DNA from: the human T2T-CHM13v2.0 reference genome, Homo sapiens
Assembly: GCF_009914755.1 (NCBI RefSeq)
Contig: NC_060929.1
Reading direction: 5' to 3' (one strand)
DNA: 64,000 bases
Shown: positions 26,481 to 41,162 of the stretch, one piece after another
Layout: each line of letters opens with the position of its first letter
How positions within the stretch are numbered: the stretch's first letter is position 1
The notes under the pieces: model-generated
What the model was told of the DNA's origin: nothing
What the model saw: only the letters and a program-made list of their open reading frames with translations
Database searches by the model: none
Translations under genes and position numbers: made by a program

Positions 26481-27665
26481 TTCATAGGCTGGTAGGAGGT
26501 AGAACCAAAATAACTTTGATTAATAGTGTCTCTGGAAGTTTATCAATAATGTAAGAATTTTAGAACATATCCAGCTTCCTTAGCATGAAAAGTAGAAGGT
26601 TTCCCCGAAGGGCAAGAGATAATTAAAATTGTCTCATCAGGTTAAGTTCAGGGAAGTATTGCCAGCAGTTATAGTTCAAAAGAAACTATGAAAAATACAG
26701 CATCTTTTCTGAAATTGAGGGAAAAATGGTGGAGGGGAAAAAGTCAGAGTATTGTGAACAAACGTGGATGGACTGTCTTCTGAGTAAGGTCAGCATCATG
26801 AATTTTTAAAAGAGGTTTCAACCACTACTTATCAGTAGGAAAGAATGTTATTATTAATGCAAAGGGGTACTGTGTTTGTTGTTTTAAACATGGGCTCTGT
26901 AAAAGTGTTGGAAGTGCAACACAGTACCTTCTACGAACAAAAACATGTAAGACAACTGAACGTAAAGGGACTATAGCAAATCAACTTGAACAGGAAAGTG
27001 AGAGTATCAAAATAGGTCCTGTTGATACTCTTAAAAAAAACACTCTTGGAAGGGAAAATTATTGGTTATAGCTCAATAGTGTGATGGTGTCACAGACAGG
27101 AAAGATAAAAATGCAAGGATGAAGAAGGGAGCTATATAATTTCAGCAGTCATTATCTTTCGTTAGAAAATTGCAACGGTAGTTTTTAAGTAAAAGGAAAT
27201 TGGCCATTAATTAATGGCGTAAATGATTCCATGTCTAAACAAATCTTTTCCAAAGAAATCTCAGAGAGATTTTTAAGAGAACAAATATTATCTTATACAG
27301 AAATGATTTTGTGAAAAAAATGTTTTTGCCAAATATCATACATATTATACATTCTCTTTATCAACCTTCACTCTCGTCCTTATTCAGTCTCTCCCCTCCC
27401 CATTTCATGGGCACACATGTGCATGCACATTCAAAATTCAATTTTTTATAGTAGTTTAATTACATCCTTGTAAGATTTTCTCAGTACCATCTTTTCTTAA
27501 GGAGCGTTCCTTAAAAGACTACTTCCCATTTTTAAGCAGTCACGCTATTTTTATACAATCTGTAGTTTTCAAATAGTATACATACGGCATTAAGAAATTC
27601 ATGTTTTCACAAAACGAAAGTATTTGACTTGTGCTTTCTAACTTAAAGTTATCTCAAAATCAGCC

Positions 27666-28521
27666 TGGTAGGCAGATTAATGGCCCTGCTGAAATGCCCA
27701 GGTCTCCATCCCCAGAACCTGTGGGTATGCTAGGTTGCAGGGCAAAAGGAAATGAAGGTTGCTAATCTGCTGACCTTAAAATAAGGAGATTATCATGAAT
27801 TATCCTGGTGGGTCTAATATAATCACAACAGTTCTTATAAGTGGCAAAGAGAGGCAGAAGTGTTAGATTCAGAAAAGACATGAAGCCAGAAGCATAGGTC
27901 AGAGCGATGATGCCCTGTGAGAAGCAACCTAGCCACCTTGGTTGACTTTGAAGATGAAGGAAGAGAGCCATCTAGGAATGCAGGCAGTCTCTAAACTCTA
28001 GAAGAAAGGGCTTCTCCTGTAAACCCTCTAAAAAGCAACAAAGCTCTGCCAGTACTTGGTGTCTCAGTCCATTCTAACACCTGTAACAGAATACCATAGA
28101 CCAGATGGCTTATAAATAAATGAAATGTATTTCACTCAGTTCTGGGAGCTGGAAAGTCCTAGATCAAGGCAGATTTGATTTCTGGGAAGGACCCATCTTC
28201 TGGCTGTGCCTTGCATAATAAAAGGGGCTATAGGGATCTATCCCTTTAGGGCCTCTTTTATAAAGGCACTAATCCCATTCATGGAGGCTCTGACCTCATG
28301 ACCTACTCGCCTCTTAAAGGCACAAACTCCTAATATCGTTACATTGTGGGTCAGGAGTTCAACTTAAGAATTTCGAGAGGACACAAATGTTTAGACCATA
28401 GCACCTGCATTTTAGCCTAGTGATATTTCTAACTGACAGAACTACAAGATAACAAATTTGTGTTGTTTTAGGCCACTACATTTGTGGTAATTTGTTCCAG
28501 CAGTAATAGGGAGCTAATGCA
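27666..28521 (+). mobile_element. MLT1D LTR, split by MLT1A
   Basis: TGGTAGGCAGATTAATGGCCC...GACCTTAAAATAAGGAGATTATC; resumes at 28404 and ends GGAGCTAATGCA. Confidence 0.85.
28060..28403 (-). mobile_element. MLT1A/A0 solo LTR
   Basis: TGTCTCAGTCCATT...GGCACTAATCCCATTCATG...AGACCATAGCA. Confidence 0.85.
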
Positions 28522-28721
28522 ATTGCCTACAGTCTTCCAACATCCTCTTAATCAAAAATACTCAGACATATGAAGAGAATCTTACTATGATATCCTCCTT
28601 GACTTTGCATTTATTACATTTACAATTAAGAATAAGCAAAAGGTAGATTCAAACATATTTAAAAATACAATGTATTTTAGACATGTATTCACAATGATGC
28701 TCTTATTAAAAGCCTGTAAGA

Positions 28722-29008
28722 AACCGGGTGAGGTGACTCATGCCTGTAATCCTACTATTTTGGGAGGCTGAGGCTGGCAGGTGGCTTGAGCTCAGGAGTT
28801 TGAGACCAGCCAGGGCAATATGGCAAAACGTCATCTCTACAAAAAAATACAAAAAGTAGTCGAGCGTGGTGGTGCACATCTGTAGTTCCAGCTACTCAGG
28901 AGGCTGAGGCAGGAGGATTGTTTGGGCCTGAAAGGCCAAGGATGTAGGGAGCCCTGCTTGTGCCACTGCACTCCAGCCTACATGACAAAGTGAGACTCTG
29001 TCTCAAAA
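28722..29008 (+). mobile_element. AluJ
   Basis: GCTTGAGCTCAGGAGTT and GGAGGATTG are J-type; TSD AAAAGCCTGTAAG at 28708-28720 and 29009-29021. Confidence 0.93.
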
Positions 29009-29664
29009 AAAAGCCTGTAAGGGTTATGACACGTGTCCTTAAATATATCAACTTTAATGATACTTTAAATTGGGTAATTTGCCTGCAACTATTTTAAATA
29101 TTAGCAATTTTATATAAGCCTCCATGCATGTAACAGATGTATTGCTTAGACTGGATACTCAAAGTGTTAAAAAGTAATGGTTTAAGAAAAAGAAATCGTA
29201 AAAATAAATCCAACCTGAAATCAGTACTATGCCAATATCTCAACGATCATGTGGGAATTTTAATCTCAGTCATTATAGCAGTTTACTTTCCGTTCCAATT
29301 TTATATAAGGATCTTAGAGGTCTAACATACATTTACAGTATAATGAACAACAATGTTGCTGCTGATATGATCATTGTTCAGAACCTCAGGGACCACTGTA
29401 AAGGTCTAAAATGCATTGACCCATTTGTGGTCATACCATTTTCTCTCACACTCAGGAGAATCTGCCATTTCATTTTCAGTTTTTTATTTCATCAAATATT
29501 AAATTGGACTCAATATTTAAAAATTTTAAAATGTATATTGTTTGTATATTCTTTGTGCTAGAAATTGAGAACTGGTTAAACTGAACTAAATCCCTTTTCT
29601 CAGAAGGTTTACCCTGTGGTCTTTCGTTGAAAACTAAGAGTCAACATTGTGCTTTGTTTTTTGT

Positions 29665-29697
29665 TGTGTGTGTGTGTGTGTGTTGTGTGTGTGTGTT
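29665..29697. repeat. (TG)n microsatellite
   Basis: Directly visible. Confidence 0.9.
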
Positions 29698-30104
29698 GTT
29701 TTTCCCCCGCTAAGAATAGGGGAGTGACTGAGGAGCTGGCCAACAGAAATGAAATTAAGATCTAAATGAATTATTATACCACCACTGGAAAACATGCTAT
29801 TATATTTTAAAAATCAAATAATTTCAGTAATATGAGTGTACCTTGGTGACTGTCAGCCTTTGAGAGATAGGATCTGTTAAACACAAATAAAGACACAGAT
29901 AGAAATGATTCATGCTATAATGTTTATTTGCTGCCTGTAAAACCTTGTGAACTAGAAATAAAATACTTTATATTTTTTGTCACAATAACATCATTAAACA
30001 TTTTGAACAGATACAGGTTAAAATCCTACATTTTATTACATATGAAACAATATGGATGGGTTATGAGTTTCAGAGGTAAAACCATATCATTAAATAATTA
30101 TTAC

Positions 30105-30300
30105 GATGGGCAGTATCTTAAATGACCCCCAGTGATCCCTGTTTCCTGGAATCCATGCCTTTGTGCAGCAGCCACCTCTACAGTGTGGAATGTATGTATT
30201 TGAGTCACTTTTGGAGAATATATAACACCACAGAAATGATGGGATGTCACTTCTGAAGTTAGATTATAAAAAGTTTCTGGCTTTCATCCTAGGCATTCTT
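30105..30300 (+). mobile_element. MLT1F-like LTR 5' fragment
   Basis: ATGACCCCCAGTGATCCCTG...GATGGGATGTCACTTCTGAAGTTAGATTATAAAAAG. Confidence 0.7.
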
Positions 30301-30329
30301 ATTTATATAGAGAATGCAAGAGGGAGTAC

Positions 30330-31470
30330 TCAAAGACATAAATGGTGGTGAATACTGTTCTAGGTTTTAATACAGAGATTAATGTTGCATTGGATAAAAG
30401 ATACATTCACATCTAGACATATGTTATTGTAATTGCAATTGCTGAGAAGAAAAATAGGATGTTTAATTTTACAAAGAAAAAAGAAATGTAGGAAAGTAGA
30501 AATTATGTCAGCCTAATAAATGTCAGGAAAAGAGACAAAAAATAAATTTTGTAAATGCAAAATGAAATTATAAAAATAATGACAAGTATATCAAGCAACA
30601 CAACAAATAAAAAGTTATATATTTTAAGTCTACTATACACTGTGAGTGTGTGTGTGTGTGTGTGTATGTGTATATTTAATTTGCTTTATGTCAACAATCA
30701 GATTGGCTTAAACACTTATAAAAGTAACAACTCAAAATTATATTCTACTGAACAATTCACTTATACCTCAAAATCATAGTTTAGAAACTAAAAAAGGGTA
30801 ACAGTACAAATTCTTTTATATACTAGTCTAATCCCAATTTTTTTTAAAAAAGTATAACTATAAACTTGAAAAGATAAAAAGGATTAATAAAAATAAAACT
30901 TTGGAATATATATGAAAATTCCATATAGAATAATATGAATAATAATTGGATTTTATAGAACTTTTTAAAGGACTTATGATGGATATAGTGATATTTAGAA
31001 TATGTTCATCATAAAGCTAAAATAATTTCAAAATTTTCTTAATTAATGCTGAAGCATATGAAATTAATCCCCAAATCTACAGCTATAAACAAGTAAGTGA
31101 ATAAATCAACAGACTAATAATATAGGCTTCTTCCTTAATCTGTGAAAACATAATTGCTCCAAACTAACAGTCCTTATCATGGTGAAATACTGGCAGCATT
31201 ACTTTGAATTTGATAACAAATGAATGTACTTACTATTATCAGTCTAGTTTCCATTTGTTAGGGTTACCCAATGTAACTAACATTACATAAAAGGAAACAA
31301 GTAGTATTGCATAAGACGAATTTGTTTCTATATATATCAGCAAATACAGTTAGAGGACATATTGGGGGAAAATATTCTCCTACAAACACCAACTGAAAAA
31401 AAGTTAAATATCTAAGTATAACCCAAGGAAGAAATATTAAGAATTCTTATGAAGGTAACTATAGTTCTCC
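30330..31470 (+). mobile_element. Degenerate old L1M fragments
   Basis: A-rich sense strand with ORF2-like relics (ATGGTGAAATACTGGCAGCATTT; AAATATCTAAGTATAACCCAAGGAAG). Confidence 0.45.
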
Positions 31471-31489
31471 AATATGAGATAGTAATGTG

Positions 31490-31491
<2 letters not shown>

Positions 31492-31527
<36 letters not shown>
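31492..31527. repeat. (TG)n microsatellite
   Basis: Directly visible. Confidence 0.95.
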
Positions 31528-31528
<1 letters not shown>

Positions 31529-31535
31529 GTATGTG

Positions 31536-32085
31536 TATAATGGTTAATACTGAGTATCACCTTGATTGGATTGAAGGATGCAATGTATTGTTTCTGGGTG
31601 TGTCTGTGAGGATGTTGCCAAAGGAGATTAACGTTTGTGTCAGTGGACTGGGAGAGGCAGACCTACCCTCAATCTGGGTGGGCACCATCTAATCAGCTGC
31701 CAATGCAGCTGGAATAAAAGCAGGCAGAGGAAAGTGGAAGGACCAGACTGGCTGAGTCTTCCAGGCTTCATCTTTCTCCCGTGTTGGATGCTTCCTGTCC
31801 TCAAACATCGAGCTCTGAGTTCTTCAGCTTTTGGACTCTTCAGCCTACACCAGTGGTTTTTCAGGGGCTCTCAGCCCTTCAGCCACAGACTAACAGCGGC
31901 ACTGTTGGCTTCCCTACTTTTGAGGTTTTGGGACTCTGACTGGCTTTCTTGCTTCTCATCTTGCAGATGGACTACTGTGGGACTTCACTTTGTGATCATG
32001 TGAGTCAATACTCCTTAATAAATGCCCCTACATTTATACATCAATTCTATTATTTCTGTCCCTGTAGAGAACCCTGATTAGTACA
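31536..32085 (+). mobile_element. MLT2A (MLT2A2-length) HERV-L solo LTR
   Basis: ATGGTTAATACTGAGT...TTGATTGGATTGAAGGATGCAA ... AGAGAACCCTGATTAGTACA, 550 bp; 5-bp TSD ATGTG at 31531-31535 and 32086-32090. Confidence 0.93.
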
Positions 32086-33737
32086 ATGTGTAAGTGTAGA
32101 GTCTGGAGGGGAGGGGAACACTCACAATGAATCTGCAATAATGAATTAAAAAATGTCTAAGACACATTATAAGAGAAAAATATGTAAAAGAGAAAAATGA
32201 GAGAGCAAGAGAAAGAAGGAGTAGGGGATATTGGCAGAGAAAATCACAGGAAAATTTCATGACTCAAAAGAAAAACACAATAAGAGGAGATACCTTCAAT
32301 TGGTAGGAAAAGAGGAGTTTTAGATTTTCTTCTCAATAGGATTCTGAATTGTGTAAATTTTATAATATGTATGCATCAATTTTACATTGCCTAACAATGA
32401 AAAAAAATTTTAAAATTGAAAACAAAGTTGCAAATTTTGTCTAATGCATCAAGGAATAGTTGTATAAAATTTTAAAAATCGCATGAGTTGAAAGACATGA
32501 TTAGCAGGATTTACATTTGCACATGAACAACAGGAAATTAGAAGATGGTAGAAATTTAAAAGATATGATGTTCACTTAGGTAAATATTCTTATCATAACA
32601 GTTTGTAAGGTTTTACCCTACTTATATAATTAACTTACATGAAGAGGCAGAGGTGGAAATGAGTTTGCTCAGGTGGGCGTTTTCATCCAGAGCTGAAGAC
32701 ATTTATTAGGCATAAACACACACACACAGCTTCTCATTTGGAGGATCGTTTCAAGTTAATTTGGTTTATGGCTATGCTTTAGAGAAATGACAATTTTCAA
32801 ATAGAGATTAGATGCACTATAATAAGTCCTTTACTGTAATTTAATACTTTCTAGAAGGATTTGATTCCCCATTTGGTTCATCTGCTAGTTCTATTTATCA
32901 AGGTGTGTGCAAGATTGTTGTAAACAAGTTACAACCACCCCCTCTGAATGAACTTTCAAGGAGATATTTCGGAATATTTATAGGTACATAAATGCTGTGA
33001 AGGACACAACTTCGCATCATCTCTTCTCTGCCACCTCACTTGGCAGATCTTATAAAATGATCCCACGTCGATATCCCTATTAGTGGAACTGCTTATAAAC
33101 TTTATGGAGTAATACTAAACATCAAAAAATACAGAAATCTAAGGTTAGCATTGGAAAGAACTATTCAGTACTCAATTTGAGGTAGGAAGAATATTATCAA
33201 CTATTGTATTTCAAAGCATTCAGAATATTTGATGTCTAATAATAACATTCAAATGAGAAAGCACTGGGTGAGAGCACATGAATTTGTCTTCCTCTGTCAC
33301 CTCTCTTCTCTGCTAGACATCTGCAGGTTTTATTTAGTCTGTGTTCCACATTATTTAAAGTGGTTTTGTTGATCTTAATGAGTGAATCTAATGTTCTGCC
33401 TTAATAAGAAATTGATTACTTATGAAATACCCATAATAGCTTTTGACAGAATAAGAAAATAAAATTACATAATGCTGACTTGTGAATGAGCTTTAAGGTA
33501 AAGAGAAGAAAAAAGATGGAGAGATGATGTCCAGATGAAGTTATTTTAGAAATATTTTATTTGAAATACCCACAGAGAACCGAATGTAAACAAGGAAGAT
33601 TGGACTTGGAAGATATACCTGCTTGGGGTTAATTTAAATCAGACATATATGTATTCTCCACTTTCTTTAGTGGCTCCAAAATAACCTAATGTAACATATC
33701 GTAGGGTCATTCTGATTAAGCTAGTATTGTATACTTG

Positions 33738-33739
<2 letters not shown>

Positions 33740-33768
<29 letters not shown>
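33740..33768 (+). repeat. Poly(A) tract, 29 nt
   Basis: Directly visible. Confidence 0.95.
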
Positions 33769-33770
<2 letters not shown>

Positions 33771-35599
33771 ACTAATTTTAAAGACTGAAATCGGCCTATT
33801 ATATATTATAAAGACATTGTGACCTTTTTAAAAAGTAAGACTTAAGAGAGAGAAAAATGAAAATTAAATGTTTCTATTCAGAATATTTTCCCACAGCTTG
33901 GGAAATCATACTTTATTCCATTTAGTTGGGAAGAGGCAAGCACTTTTTAAAATTTAACTCTTCAGATCATGTTCAACTTTAAATATGTTCTTTTATCCTG
34001 CACCCCTGGGCTCCAGGTTCTTTGACATGCAGCTCTTCTGCAAATGTCTGTCCTGAAAAGGAATTATCTTCTTTTTCATTTAATTTCCCTAGAGCAATTG
34101 TTATAGGGGGGAAGGAGAGGAAAAAGTCCCAGGAACACTGAGTGTAGAAGAAACGTAATGAGAAACCATGGAGGACTCTACTGAAGTCCCTTTCTAGTTC
34201 TAATGTCAAGAGGCCATTGTAGTAATTATTGACAATTTATGATATTAACATATCACTGTAACTGATACGTGATGAGTGGATGAGTTTACTAAGCAATCTT
34301 ACTTGGCATGTGGGTGTAAATTTAATATACTCCCTGTAGTTAAATGAGTTGCTACTATTTTATTGTCAGTTTCGCTTTGCCTCAACAATGATTGTTTTTG
34401 AACAAGGTATGCCCAGCACACTGTTGCTCTCCATATCCCTTCTGAGGGACTGAAGGATATTACCTAAAGTTCTTTGTTTTTTAAGTTTTGTATTATTTTG
34501 TTTTGCAAGGAGCATCTTTTTTTTTTTGCTCTTTTTCATACTTGTGGGTTGCAAAAATACATATCTATGTATTTTCAAAGGTGTGATGTAATTGTAAATT
34601 ACATTGTAAATTGTAAATGATTATCTTCATGAATTTCAAACTGATGCCACCATACAATAACATGGCCAAAAATTTTCTCAAACTGTGGGAATGATCACCC
34701 CATATTCTCTCAAGGGACTTAGTTGCTGGTTTGAAAATTAATTTTCTATTAGCTTTTTTTCTAATATCACCTTGATCATTGCTAAGTGTTAGCTCTCAGT
34801 CTCAAGAACTTTCAAAAAATTAAAAACAAATGAAAAATAAAAGACAAACAAAAATCCCTTTTCTCCCTTAGACAAAACACTGAAGGAGTGCAGAAAATGT
34901 CTGGAGATTATTAAGAACAGCTGCTGAAAGAGAAGAGTAGATTTGTGAAATCCACTTGCTTGGTCTGTATCTCTTGGTGTCCCGATTTCAATACCAATGT
35001 AGGGGGTAAATAATTGTATTCTCTTCCAGAGAGGGGTCTTCAAAGATCTTAGGGATATTATAATAGGAACTATAAACTGGTGGGACAGATGATTTCTGAA
35101 AAATCATTGACAATGGACAAAGCAGTACGAAGTAGAGAATGATGGAATTAAATCACCATCTTTGATTCAACAAATGACAGATTGATAGGTGTGGCAAAAT
35201 TTTGTAAAGGATGGTCTTATAAATGGTTTGTGAGTCCATACAATGTATTAGCTAATGGTTAAAATATTTATTGGTCCTACTCTAGAATTCATGAAAAATT
35301 TATTCAGTATTTAAAAATGCAGACAGAGATTGTAAAGTATATTTTTAGTGGCTATTTAAAACATATCTTTGTTTTAATTCATAGATAAAAAAGAAGAAAT
35401 ATTTGTTCAATGATTGAGAAGTTAGGATGAACACATTTGTTTTGAATATACATTCCTGGAAATTTATGATTTTTTTTCACTAGGTAACATAATTTTACTG
35501 CCTTGTAGTAAATAATGTTATAAATGGTAAAGAATATAGAAAAATACTGAAAGGGCAGAATAGTTAAAAAGAGTTTTTGTCGTCAAATAGTAAACCATA

Positions 35600-36690
35600 A
35601 CTTTAAACCATTTTAACATAACAGTATAGGACTTTAATAGCAATAGAAAATAATTTCTGGAAGCTAAATGAAGAATGCAAAATTATATCCTAGTTTGTAT
35701 AGGAATTTAAGCTATGACAGAGAGGTATTTCATTTCTATGGAAATAGTGTTGTTGCTGAAAAAATATGCTATGCATTTGGAAAAATACATTTAGAATTTA
35801 ACTTTATATTATGGAAAAAGAATGTAAATTATATAAAGGTAAAGTATTTTAAAAGAATCAAAAGTCAGTAAATGCTAGTGAGATAAATGCACACATTAGG
35901 AATAATGACACTTAGAAAAAGACAGGAAATGCAGAAGCAATACACAATATATAATATTTGACTATCCAAATTTTACATTTTTAATTTAAAATTATACCAT
36001 TACACAGCTTTAAAACAAAAAGATTAGCAAATGTTTAACAAAGATAAATTTGTGATATTTATATTGCCCAAGCATCTGCCACTATTTAGTAAGAAAAAGA
36101 CCAAGTTCAGTTAAAAAAAAAACAAAACAAACACAAAACAAAAAACAACAACAAAAAACTTTGGCATGATGTGAATTCACAGAAGAATCTATCTAAACGA
36201 GATCTGCAAGCTGCCATAGCTTGAAGGGAAAATAATCAGTGTTAGAGGTTGTTCAAGAAATTGAACAAAAATAACAATGAAATATATTTCTTGTCATAAG
36301 AAAAAATTAAATATGTAACACCCAGTGCTTTCAGGAATGTAAGGACTATGACATTGTAATACATTGTTGTTAAAAATGTGCACTGGTAGAGTAATTTTAA
36401 AGCAATTTGATAATAGGAATTAAAATAAATATATTTTATATAGACAGAATATATATAAATAACAAATAATAGTTTATTTTTATTTTTATAAAGTATATTA
36501 TTTAGTTAAAAATCTTTATATAAGCATCTAGAGATAAAATAATTATTTTATAAAATAATATGATGATTTTTGAGTCTTTCATAACACCAGAAAACTGGGA
36601 ACTTCTGTAATATCTATCAATAGAAAAAATGGTTAAATAACAAATGGTGCATTTTAAAGAAAAATACTATGCAAGTATTTAATATTTTAT
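35600..36690 (+). mobile_element. Old L1M (L1ME-like) ORF2 end/3' region
   Basis: Degenerate L1 motifs, e.g. ATATCTATCAATAGAAAAAATGGTTAAATAA...AATACTATGCA. Confidence 0.55.
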
Positions 36691-37120
36691 ATATATGTAT
36701 AATCTAAACACAAGCAACAAAACAATAAGACAAATAGAGCATTATTAAACAAAAAAGCTTCTGCATAGAAAGAAAAATAATCAACACAACGAATTTACAA
36801 TTAATTTATAAGAAACTCATTCAACTTCAGAATAACGAAATAAAAATAAGAACAAAAAACCCATTATAAAGTGGCCAAAGGACAAGAATAGACATTTTTC
36901 AAAAGACATACAAATGGCCAAAAAGCATATGAAGAGATGCTCAATATCACTAATTATTAGAGAAATGCAAATTAAAATCACAATGAGATATCATTTTACA
37001 CTGGTCTAAATGGCTATTACTAAAATGAAAACAAACAAACAAACAGGTATTGGTGAGAATGCAGAGAATAGAGAACACTTATTCCCTATGTAAATTAGTA
37101 CAACCTCTATGAAAAACAGT

Positions 37121-37563
37121 ATGAAGATTTCTCAAATAACTAGAAATATAATTACCCTTCAATGTAGCAATCCCACCACTAGGTATCTACCCAGAAGAAA
37201 AGAAATCATTATATCAAAAAGATACCTGTACTTGTATGTTTATTGCATCATTATTTACAATGGTAAAGATATGGAATTAACCTAAGTGACCATTAATGGA
37301 TGATTGGATAAAGAAAATGTGTCTTAGTAATAGAATGATTTATATTCCTTTATATTTGAGAAATGAAGATTTCTCAAATAACTAGAAATATAATTACCCT
37401 TCAATGTAGCAATCCCACCACTGGGTATCTACCCAGAAGAAAAGAAATCATTATATCAAAAAGATACCTGTACTTGTATGTTTATTGCATCATTATTTAC
37501 AATGGTGAAGATATGGAATTAACCTAAGTGACCATTAATGGATGATTGGATAAAGAAAATGTG

Positions 37564-37593
<30 letters not shown>
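37121..37593. repeat. 231-bp tandem duplication with 11-nt junction insert
   Basis: 37121-37351 vs 37363-37593, 4 mismatches counted by eye. Confidence 0.95.
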
Positions 37594-38706
<1,113 letters not shown>

Positions 38707-40459
38707 AAAGAAAATATGATATATATACACATATATGTATATAACACAAACACACAGACACACACGCACACACACAGTGGGATACTATTTACCCATAAAA
38801 AAAGAATTAAATAATATATTTTTTAGAAACATGGATGTAACTGTAGGCCATTTTCTTAAGTGAAACAACTAGGAAACAGAAAGACAAATATCTCATGTTT
38901 CTAGCTATAAGTGTGAGCTAAATAATATGTATGCACGGACATGGGGTGTAGAATAATAGACACTGGAGACTCAAAAGGGTAAGAGGGTGGGAGTGGGGTG
39001 AGGGATGATAAATTACTTAACCAGTACAATGTACATTATTTGGATGGTAGTTATACTAAAATCTCAAGATGTCACCACTGCTTAGTATATTTATGTAACA
39101 AAACTGCATTTGTAGACCTTGTATTTCTACCAATAAAAAATAATAAATTAAAAAAATAGAATGCGTACATTGACAAGACTAAAAATTGACATTGACAATT
39201 GAAAAGTTTTACTATACATGATCAAACACCACATAATTTTTGTGCATTTCTGCTATTTCAATGCAGTTTCAGATTATACTTTCAAAGCTAGGTAAAAATT
39301 GAAAACAAATTTGTAATGTGTTTATGTCTTCAGAGAGGATGGAAGGATTTCATTGTAGCACTCCTTTGAGTCTTAACATTTTTCAATACAATGAACACAA
39401 TTGTAGAAGTCCATATATCAATTCTGCCCCAGTGCTTGAAAGGTAATTAATATCTTGTTGAAGGTATTAAACCTATACAAATAGAATCCAGGAACGTATA
39501 AACAAAATTTTATAGAGAAGTTTTAAATTATTTTAATATTGGAGAGCTACATGGCCAGATCAGAGTGTTGGATCCATACCATAGGTAGAGAGAGAGGGAG
39601 CTGGAGCTGGAGCCTGAGGATCTTCAGAGAGTAAACGCCCTGAAGGAGGAATTCTTTGTAGACTTGTTGAAATCAAATGTTCGTGGAGGGCCCCTTTTTC
39701 AAATTTCATGGCTGCTTTCATTGGAAACTTCCAACATGACCAAGTTCATCTTCCACGTCAGTGGTAAACTCAGACTGAACACAGCAATAGGCTGCTCTCA
39801 GCACATATGTATCTGTCCAGTGGTTTTCTCGAAATTGTGATCCTACTCCCCATCATTTCTGGCAAACCTTTGTATCCAAATGTTGAGACTTAGAAGTTGG
39901 AGATGTTTGTGAGTTTCTGCTTCATGGGTATTTCTTTTAATTCACAGAAAGATCTTCACCTTCACTAACAGTAAAACCTGTTCTTTCTAATTTTGACCTT
40001 CACTAACACATTTCTGATGTGTAAGAGTATACCATTCTTTGTCTGATTTGCAATGCTGATGTTACTTTATTTCCTACATGCTTATTGTCATTTCAATAAA
40101 AATGAAGCTGGAGGAGGGCCTATTAAAGAGTTTATATTCAAATGTTAACCAGGAGTTACCGTAGTCAAACTTCTCTGAATATTTGTACTAGAGAAATAAC
40201 ATAATTTTGTGGTCAAATATTTTAACTCTTTTTGCAGCACAGAGGTATTGCTTTAGGATATTATCCAGGATACTTTCTATATCCCTTCTATAATTCAAGT
40301 AAAGTACAGTAAACAAACACTTATTAGATAATTAAGAATGAAAACAAAGTAGGTAATATCTTCTGTTTCTCATTGTGTTAGGTTAATGCATACTTTGGAT
40401 GATCAAAGGGAAAACTGATTGGATTATTTTAATGTAATAAAAGCTGCTTCTAAATATAT

Positions 40460-40519
40460 GTTGTTTGTGTATACGTGTGTGTATATGTGTGTATGTATGT
40501 GTTGTTTGTGTTTGTGTTT

Positions 40520-40584
<65 letters not shown>
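40460..40584. repeat. (TG)n(TA)n microsatellite
   Basis: Directly visible. Confidence 0.95.
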
Positions 40585-40587
<3 letters not shown>

Positions 40588-41162
40588 CTGACTAAAGGAA
40601 TTATATGGGATGACAATATTTATAGACTATTAGAATTGGAATGAATCTTATCAATCATTAGGGCAGACCATTCTCCCATATCAGTGAAAACTTTTATATT
40701 ATCTTTGACGTTTAAGCACCAGGTTTTCCTTTAAGATAATATAATTATCAGGAGGTATGATTTCAAGAAGCATACATTTCTAATGTTAAAGAGCATTTAA
40801 AGATATCTAATGTTAAGGTATCTTCCTCCTTTTTAAATTTTTCCATTTGTCCTAATTCATCTCTTTAAATACATGTGAAGTTCATTTGTTCCCTTAGTTG
40901 AATATTACTGTATTGCAGTATATTTCAAGTTTTCACTTTTTTATCTAAGAATTCCTTAAAAGGACTAAATGTGTTTATCTGTGTCTCATGCAACATGTTT
41001 AAGAGTACAATATTGATCCTCAGAAATACCATATATATCTTCACCTTTATGTATTTTATGTTTTATTAAAACTATGATGCTCAGATTTGGAAGTGCAATG
41101 AGTCTTTAAACTATGCATGGTCCTCAAGACAACCTCAAGTTTGGGAGAGTGGAGGATAGGTG

